From: Candidatus Omnitrophota bacterium
Lineage (GTDB): Bacteria; Omnitrophota; Omnitrophia; Omnitrophales; Aquincolibacteriaceae
Length of the DNA: 64,000 bases
Direction of reading: 5' to 3'
Assembly: GCA_903856085.1 (NCBI GenBank)
Contig: CAIOAT010000013.1
Span: 231,430 to 295,429, forward strand
In this document: positions 58,265 to 64,000 of the stretch, one piece after another
How positions within the stretch are numbered: position 1 is the first letter of the stretch
Layout of the letters: each line of letters opens with the position of its first letter
The notes under the pieces: generated by a model
Seen by the model: only the letters and a program-made list of their open reading frames with translations
Told to the model about the DNA's origin: nothing
The model's database searches: none
Program-made: the position numbers and the translations under genes

Positions 58265-59146
58265 TTAATACTTTAGGGTGCTCCCCAAAAGATCTTCCAC
58301 CTCTTTAAGTTGGTCCGTAAACAGGCCATCAAGCCGTGCCATAGCCTCAGGTCCTGGGGAATACTCCACCTCCGAGGCATTGAACATTGTCTTAAAGGCG
58401 GGTTTGAGATGTTTCTCATCAAAAGCAAGGTCAAGAAACCGCGATAAATTTTCAAGCATCCCGGAAGGATTGTCAATAATGTCGTCATACGGCAAAAGCA
58501 GGACATTGCTGAAACATTTACTATATTTCTCAAAAGCTAATTTATAATTGCCGAATTCTCTCTGCGTTCTTATCCACAAGCGATTTCCAGTCAATAAGGA
58601 CAGAAAGAATCGTTCTCTCTCCTCAGGCAAAACTTCGTCCTCACCACCACCGAGCCGTAAACGAAAAGCAGAGATCGTTCGTTTTATCGGATTGCGGCAC
58701 ATCAATACTATGCGAGCATCACCTACGAGCTCCCTCATCCGAGAAATCTGTGCATCTTGGAGCAACATGTATTCGGGCGTGGACTCTCCCAAAAACTTTA
58801 CGCCCTCATCCTCTCCGAGGCCGGAGAAGAGATCGAGATAATTGATTTTTTCAATCGGCGTTGTAAAAAAATGAAAATGTGTCTTAAGATGACATTGCCA
58901 ATCAGGATTGATAAAACCAAACTCCTTGGTCTGGCAAAGCTTATCAATCTCTAGGGCTAAAGACTTTTTTGAAAACACCCTTAACTTCTCTTCCGGTCTA
59001 ATCCCATAAAGCGTATCGAAATAATGGAGCTCCTTAACCGGGTGCATTTTGATCTGCGGATGCAGTCCGAGCAATCGCCATAAAAATGACGAGCCTGCGC
59101 GTTGAGAACCCACACCGATAATAAATTTTTTTTCCATAATGTTCAT
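58265..59146 (-). CDS. PAPS-dependent sulfotransferase family protein; paralog of the previous gene
   Basis: GSQRAGSSFLW 5'-PSB-like motif. Same length and layout as its neighbour. Confidence 0.6.
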   Translation of the reverse strand: MNIMEKKFIIGVGSQRAGSSFLWRLLGLHPQIKMHPVKELHYFDTLYGIRPEEKLRVFSKKSLALEIDKLCQTKEFGFINPDWQCHLKTHFHFFTTPIEKINYLDLFSGLGEDEGVKFLGESTPEYMLLQDAQISRMRELVGDARIVLMCRNPIKRTISAFRLRLGGGEDEVLPEERERFFLSLLTGNRLWIRTQREFGNYKLAFEKYSKCFSNVLLLPYDDIIDNPSGMLENLSRFLDLAFDEKHLKPAFKTMFNASEVEYSPGPEAMARLDGLFTDQLKEVEDLLGSTLKY

Positions 59147-59319
59147 TTCGAAATATTAGAGAATACCCCTTCTGATCATTTTATAATTCCCTGAGCAATC
59201 CACTCCGGGGTTGACAAGCCCTGAAACGCCGGAGTTATTATACTGCTCCCCATTTCGTTAAAGTTCAAACAGTTAAAACTTGAAATAGATGAAATCATAA
59301 GAATCAACGCCTGCAAATA

Positions 59320-60717
59320 TCATAAGTAGCAAGCCTGCGACAGCATAAAAGAAAACCCGTAAACCTCATCTAGATCCCAAGACTTCCGCCTTTGCCACCC
59401 TTGCCAAAGCATCGAAACAAGCAGCGGTATCGAATAAAACAGAAATACGCAAAGCAGAACCAGCACGACATCCCCATCAGCATAAGACTTCGCAAAGAGC
59501 GGCCGGCCACCATGCCATGGAATCTCCACCTTGACCTGGTCCCATAAAAATCCAAGAGATGGCGTACGAACCAATAGAAATCCGATATTGACCAGAAAAT
59601 AGGTTATGAGAATCGAAAATGCGCGTGTAAGGAAATTCTCTTTCCACACACGATCGAGAGCTGGCTTAAATATCAGCTGATACAAAATAATAATAGCGGC
59701 ATAATAAAGACCCCAGATAAGATATTTCCACTCCGCACCATGCCAGAGCCCGATAAAGCCCCATGAAATGATGATCGCGACAACATATCCGAGAAAAGGA
59801 CGCTTCTTGGTCAGACGAACCACCAAGGGCATGTAAATATAGTCTTTCATCCACTGCGTGAGAGAAATGTGCCATCGGTTCCAGAAATCCGAAGGATTCC
59901 TTGCGAGAAAAGGTCTGTCAAAATTCTTCATCAATTCAAGTCCCAACAATTTAGCGGATCCCCGGGCCAGGTCTGTGTACGCTGAAAAATCAGCAAACAA
60001 TTGGCTGCCAAAGCCAAAGCCTCCCAGGAGAAGAAGCCCAGCCGAAGGATTCTTAAGGGCGAATATCATGTTCACATAGAGCCCAAGGTTGTTTGCCACC
60101 ACAAGTTTTTTCACGAGACCCCAGACGATCAAGTCAATCCCCTGCATGAATTGGCTCTTGCTAAAAACACGATCTCGCGCGATCTGGCCAAGGAGTGCTT
60201 TGGGCTTCTCGATAGGCCCGGCGAGAAGCTTCGGGAAAAAAGCAATAAACAGAGCCAACTCGGGAAAGGAATCGACGGGATCTATAACACCCCTGTAAAT
60301 ATCAATGACATAACTCAATAACTGGAAGGTATAAAAAGAAATACCCAGAGGTAAGATGATCTCAAGATGCAAATTCGTCGCGTCCACATTCCAAAAGCCA
60401 AGAAGTCCGGCCAGAGAATCAATAAAAAAATTATAATATTTGAAAAAACAAAGCATCCCGATGCTCAAAAACACGGCCCCGAAAAAGAATGCTTTGCGCT
60501 CGAACGCGCTTGGGGCCCGCTTGATACGCTGGCCGGAAAAAAATACCACGACCGTCGCACCCATGATCAGCCCCAAAAACCGCCAATCCCAGCTTGCGTA
60601 AAACACATAACTGGCCGTAAGGAGCAGCATATTCTGCCACCGACGCGATAGCCTCCAGTAAAGAAGTACAACAGCTACAAGAAAAATAAAATATCCCCAA
60701 GACGGAAAAATAATCAT
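59320..60717 (-). CDS. MBOAT-family membrane O-acyltransferase (DltB/AlgI-like)
   Basis: Polytopic, with the conserved FWNRWHISL histidine motif. ATGA overlap with the upstream ligase gene. Confidence 0.8.
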   Translation of the reverse strand: MIIFPSWGYFIFLVAVVLLYWRLSRRWQNMLLLTASYVFYASWDWRFLGLIMGATVVVFFSGQRIKRAPSAFERKAFFFGAVFLSIGMLCFFKYYNFFIDSLAGLLGFWNVDATNLHLEIILPLGISFYTFQLLSYVIDIYRGVIDPVDSFPELALFIAFFPKLLAGPIEKPKALLGQIARDRVFSKSQFMQGIDLIVWGLVKKLVVANNLGLYVNMIFALKNPSAGLLLLGGFGFGSQLFADFSAYTDLARGSAKLLGLELMKNFDRPFLARNPSDFWNRWHISLTQWMKDYIYMPLVVRLTKKRPFLGYVVAIIISWGFIGLWHGAEWKYLIWGLYYAAIIILYQLIFKPALDRVWKENFLTRAFSILITYFLVNIGFLLVRTPSLGFLWDQVKVEIPWHGGRPLFAKSYADGDVVLVLLCVFLFYSIPLLVSMLWQGWQRRKSWDLDEVYGFSFMLSQACYL

Positions 60718-62966
60718 GCCTGAACGCCTCCTTTTGGATCATCGCCCTTCTCGGATGCGCTCCCGAGAAACCAGGGCTTCTCTGAAATACCGGACTTTAT
60801 GGAATGAATATAAATCGTCGGAAGAGGTGGATTGACCCCTGCATATTCGAGGTCATTATGCGTAAAGAACACCGCCCCTGCGCAATACCGTGCGATGGGT
60901 TCGCGTTCCGCCATCACAATGGCATAATACCTTCGCGCAGCTCTCTGGGAATCCTCCTGAGGCTGCCGTCTCTCCGCCTGTTTGATAAATTGATCCTTGA
61001 GAGAAAACTCCTGCCATAGCCTGTTAAAGGCCGGATCTTCTAACTGTTTAAGGATATCATCAAAAATAAGTCCGGCCTGTGCCCAGATCTCGCTCAAATA
61101 GATATTGTCAAAACCACGCCTCCGGCACTCTTCGGTAATAGCTCTAAAATAACTCCGGGCCGATGCCTCGGGCACGAGATTGCAACGACCGTGGATATCC
61201 GCCAAAATAAGCGTAAGCCTGACCCAAGGCTTGTTGACACATCGGTTCGCTTCATCAACAAGCATACGCAGATGATCCAGCGCGGCCCTATCGTGTTCAT
61301 CCGCAAAATCCCGCTGCCCCACCCCCCAATATCCGACGAGGCAGAACGGAGTATCATCGATCAAAGAGTCCTGAATAGCTTTCAAGATGGCCTCTTTATC
61401 CGGCGTCTTGGCCTTTCTGTAACGGGCTTTGTCGAAGATCGCGAAAAGATCCCGAGCCGTCTGTCCGGAAATATATTCCCTGAGCTTTTTCAGATCGACC
61501 TTACCGAGACTGTTCTTGGGCAAGCACCGGAAGAACACAAATTGATCCGGCATATTTTGCGCAGAGACACTTCCCCGGACAAAATCATACAACTCAGCTT
61601 CGATCTCCGGCGTCCTCTCCTTCAAAACGCACGCCGTGACAACCCGTTCCCCGAGCATGTCATCAGGAATGCCGAAAGTACACGATTCCGCGATATGACC
61701 GTAACGCCCGACAGCAATATCAATATCCTCGGGAATCACAAGCTGTCCTTTACGCTTGATGATATTCTTGATCCGTCCGACGATCACGAGTTGGCCATCT
61801 CTATCTAGAAAACCGATATCACCCGTCTTGAGCCAGCCATCCACAAGCACAGCCTTGGTGGCTTCGGGATTACCCCAATAGCCTTTCATAATGATATCTC
61901 CACGAATCAAAACTTCCCCGCTTCCTTCCGGCAACCCCTCGGCGGAGATCAAACCCGATCGGCCAATACGCACCTCGCAATCGACAGGAATCCCCGCGGA
62001 ATCATAACGCTTTCTCTCATCCCTGGGGGTCATGACGGCCCAAGTCGTCGTCTCTGTAAGCCCATAGCCCTGAAAACAGGGAATATGAAATCGGGCCTCA
62101 AAGGTCTTCCAAAGAGACTCTTTCAGGTGAGCCGTACCGACCAACGCATACTCGATGGAAGAAATATCCTTTGACGCGCCCGCCGGATACATATCGCTCA
62201 AGGAAGCCATGATCGACGGTGTTATGCTCAGAACCTGGATCTTATGTTGCTCGACAATATCCCAGATGCTTCGGGCCACAGAAAACCCGAAGACCTCTGT
62301 AAGAAAAACATGCGCCCCGGCACTAATGCACGCAAGCCCTGTGACCATCGGCGCGTTGATATGGTAGAAGGGAAGCATCGAAAGAAACTTCTGGCCTTGT
62401 TGAAAACCATAGAAAGACGAAAAAGCCTTTGCCATTACAGTGAGATTTTTATGAGAGAGCGCGATCCCCTTGCTGTTGGCTGTTGTCCCAGATGTATAAA
62501 TAATAAGGACTGCCTTCCCGTCTCCCTCCTCGCCGGCCAAAGGACCACTGTCGTAAGACCCGTCTTCTGCACCGGCCAGGCAAAGCATATCCTGGCTGTT
62601 GACCTGGATCTTCTCGGAATTCTCAAAGCTCTCCGCCAAGGGTAGCCACTCCTCGTCAAAAAAAATAACCCCGGGAGACAGTTGTTTTACAATATGCTGT
62701 AATTCATCAGTATGCATTTTGGGATTCAAGGGAATCAGGGCGGCCCGTCGTGAGGCACAAGCAAATATCAAAGGAAAGAAAAACGCCGAGTTAACCGTCA
62801 GATAAACGATCTTGTCCCCAGGGGCGATCATCCTCTTTTCAAGCAGTCGGGCAAGGCTCAGGCTCGCTTTGCGCAGATCCTCATAACTATAACTTTTATG
62901 ACTTCTCAAATCCGTCAAGAACATCTGCCGGCCGTCCAGATGATCCAATAAAGAAGAGAGGTTCAT
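60714..62966 (-). CDS. Adenylate-forming enzyme (DltA/acyl-AMP ligase-like, ~510 aa) fused to a ~240-aa C-terminal domain of unknown function
   Basis: YTSGTTANSKG, GYGLTET and GWLKTGD AMP-binding motifs. The C-terminal region (DTPFCLVGYWGVGQ...LADIHG...FFTHNDLEY) matches nothing I recognise. Confidence 0.7.
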   Translation of the reverse strand: MNLSSLLDHLDGRQMFLTDLRSHKSYSYEDLRKASLSLARLLEKRMIAPGDKIVYLTVNSAFFFPLIFACASRRAALIPLNPKMHTDELQHIVKQLSPGVIFFDEEWLPLAESFENSEKIQVNSQDMLCLAGAEDGSYDSGPLAGEEGDGKAVLIIYTSGTTANSKGIALSHKNLTVMAKAFSSFYGFQQGQKFLSMLPFYHINAPMVTGLACISAGAHVFLTEVFGFSVARSIWDIVEQHKIQVLSITPSIMASLSDMYPAGASKDISSIEYALVGTAHLKESLWKTFEARFHIPCFQGYGLTETTTWAVMTPRDERKRYDSAGIPVDCEVRIGRSGLISAEGLPEGSGEVLIRGDIIMKGYWGNPEATKAVLVDGWLKTGDIGFLDRDGQLVIVGRIKNIIKRKGQLVIPEDIDIAVGRYGHIAESCTFGIPDDMLGERVVTACVLKERTPEIEAELYDFVRGSVSAQNMPDQFVFFRCLPKNSLGKVDLKKLREYISGQTARDLFAIFDKARYRKAKTPDKEAILKAIQDSLIDDTPFCLVGYWGVGQRDFADEHDRAALDHLRMLVDEANRCVNKPWVRLTLILADIHGRCNLVPEASARSYFRAITEECRRRGFDNIYLSEIWAQAGLIFDDILKQLEDPAFNRLWQEFSLKDQFIKQAERRQPQEDSQRAARRYYAIVMAEREPIARYCAGAVFFTHNDLEYAGVNPPLPTIYIHSIKSGISEKPWFLGSASEKGDDPKGGVQA

Positions 62967-63223
62967 GTCACGGGCCTCTTCGAGATCACGAACTGTTCGA
63001 TCTTTTCCAATGAACTAATCCTGTCATTGGCGAGATCCGCCACAGCGACCGTCACCGCGAATTCCTTCTCTAAAATCGCGATCACCTTGATGAGATCAAA
63101 TGAATCAAAGAGGTTCTTTTTGATAAAATCCTCGGTCTCCAGAAGCTTGCCGATCAAATGCGCCTTACTCCCGAAATTTTGCACCAAGAGCTCGCGAACC
63201 TTCTCTCTTATAGCCTTTTCCAC
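62963..63223 (-). CDS. Acyl/aminoacyl carrier protein (DltC-like)
   Basis: 86 aa. Phosphopantetheine-attachment context NLFDSFDLIKVIAILE. ATGA overlap with the ligase gene. Confidence 0.6.
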   Translation of the reverse strand: MEKAIREKVRELLVQNFGSKAHLIGKLLETEDFIKKNLFDSFDLIKVIAILEKEFAVTVAVADLANDRISSLEKIEQFVISKRPVT

Positions 63224-63393
63224 ACCACCACCTCATTTATCCTTTGGACCGCCTTACACCTGGCCCTCGAAGCCGTCCGAATATTTTCGTCCTTGATATG
63301 CGGGTCGCATCATCTTCTAAAAACCGTGCGCCTCTTTTCCCGTTTTATTCCATCTGTTATTTCGTCTTTGATTCGCTCTGGGTCACGAACTAA

Positions 63394-64000
63394 TCACTTC
63401 ACAATGCCTTGAGCAACCAACTCCCGGGCTAACAACTCCTGCACTATTGCAGGATGGTTCATATGCTTCCAGTCCAAAAAAAGATCCGGGCTATTTAAAT
63501 CCTTACGATCCCATAAAGAAATATATTTGATCCCATTATTCGCAAGGTAATCTTCCAATTTCGCATAATATTGTTTTTTCTGATCGTACGAAAACCCTTC
63601 CTCGACCTGAGGATAGGTAGGAAGCACGACGACAAAAAGATCGATGTTGTATTTATGTTTTAAAGCCACGATCCACGGAAGAAGCGATTCCTTCATCTCC
63701 TTGTCAAAATCATAGCTTTGAACTTGGCGGCTTTTAGGAAGAGAGTCTGCATCATTTCTAAATTTTCCAAGGCGAAACTTCTTATTCAAGACATCTTCCA
63801 CATTTGCTCCGGGGGCGATTTTTCCAAATATTCCTGTTACAAAATGATGCAAAAGGTCTTTAGCCATATCTTCAGCACACCTCGACAGAAAAATATGCTC
63901 CCGCAAAATCTCTCCCACCGAAAGTTTTCTCTTCCCCCCCGGCTCAAAATCAGAGATCCTCTCCCGACTCCCAAGTTGCCCCATATATTTGGCTGCAAGA
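63394..64000 (-). CDS. DltD/AlgJ-like SGNH-fold protein, C-terminal part; the ORF stays open to the window end
   Basis: The C-terminal DLFLDWKHMNHP (DxxH) resembles the DltD catalytic tail. The frame continues past 64000 without a stop. Confidence 0.4.
   Translation of the reverse strand, partial: LAAKYMGQLGSRERISDFEPGGKRKLSVGEILREHIFLSRCAEDMAKDLLHHFVTGIFGKIAPGANVEDVLNKKFRLGKFRNDADSLPKSRQVQSYDFDKEMKESLLPWIVALKHKYNIDLFVVVLPTYPQVEEGFSYDQKKQYYAKLEDYLANNGIKYISLWDRKDLNSPDLFLDWKHMNHPAIVQELLARELVAQGIVK

Noticed and set aside
1-64000. CRISPR arrays, IS elements, integrases and prophage genes
   Set aside because: I looked for regularly spaced direct repeats and transposase- or integrase-like translations in all six frames and found none. 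The only repeats found are the 22-bp duplication at 27663/27746 and low-complexity coding tracts.

Overview
This 64 kb window is bacterial chromosome, roughly 50% GC, densely coding and mostly on the minus strand. I saw no transposase, integrase, CRISPR array or rRNA. The gene content is compatible with an uncultivated Gram-negative lineage, but I cannot place it taxonomically from sequence alone.

Main blocks, in order:
- recN (partial, runs off the window start), then arfB.
- A metal-transport trio: ArsP_2-like permease, mgtA, and a half-size UPF0016.
- A translationally coupled RluA-family pseudouridine synthase, B12-binding radical-SAM enzyme and TspO, preceded by a tiny polybasic, Cys-terminated ORF and a perfect 15-bp hairpin.
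- A run of membrane-protein genes: DedA, a frameshifted DUF486, an ICMT-family methyltransferase, flavin reductase, crcB, DUF190.
- queH and ftsK.
- The conserved ribosome-biogenesis cluster dut-pnp-rpsO-ribF-truB-rbfA-infB-nusA.
- An LpxL-like acyltransferase, tRNA-Gly, an SDR, recR and dnaX.
- An accessory stretch: hypothetical exported protein, a type IV pilin-like protein fused to an HExxH domain, a TPR protein, an orphan receiver, tRNA-Ser and a GGDEF protein.
- Class II RNR nrdJ with candidate NrdR boxes, then mnmE-folC-purH-pabC-pabB and a DUF1015 gene.
- A cell-envelope glycan locus running to the window end: GT2, GT2, GT4, a TMTC/PMT-like TPR membrane protein, RgpF-like, an SGNH hydrolase, an MsbA-like ABC exporter, two tandem sulfotransferases, and a Dlt-like acylation module (MBOAT, AMP-ligase fusion, carrier protein, DltD-like) that runs off the window end.

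The strongest candidates for something undescribed are the pilin-HExxH fusion operon, the Dlt-like module whose ligase carries an unknown 240-aa C-terminal domain (set among the sulfotransferases), and the peptide/hairpin/B12-rSAM/TspO unit.

All calls rest on motif recognition in the supplied translations. No database search was possible.
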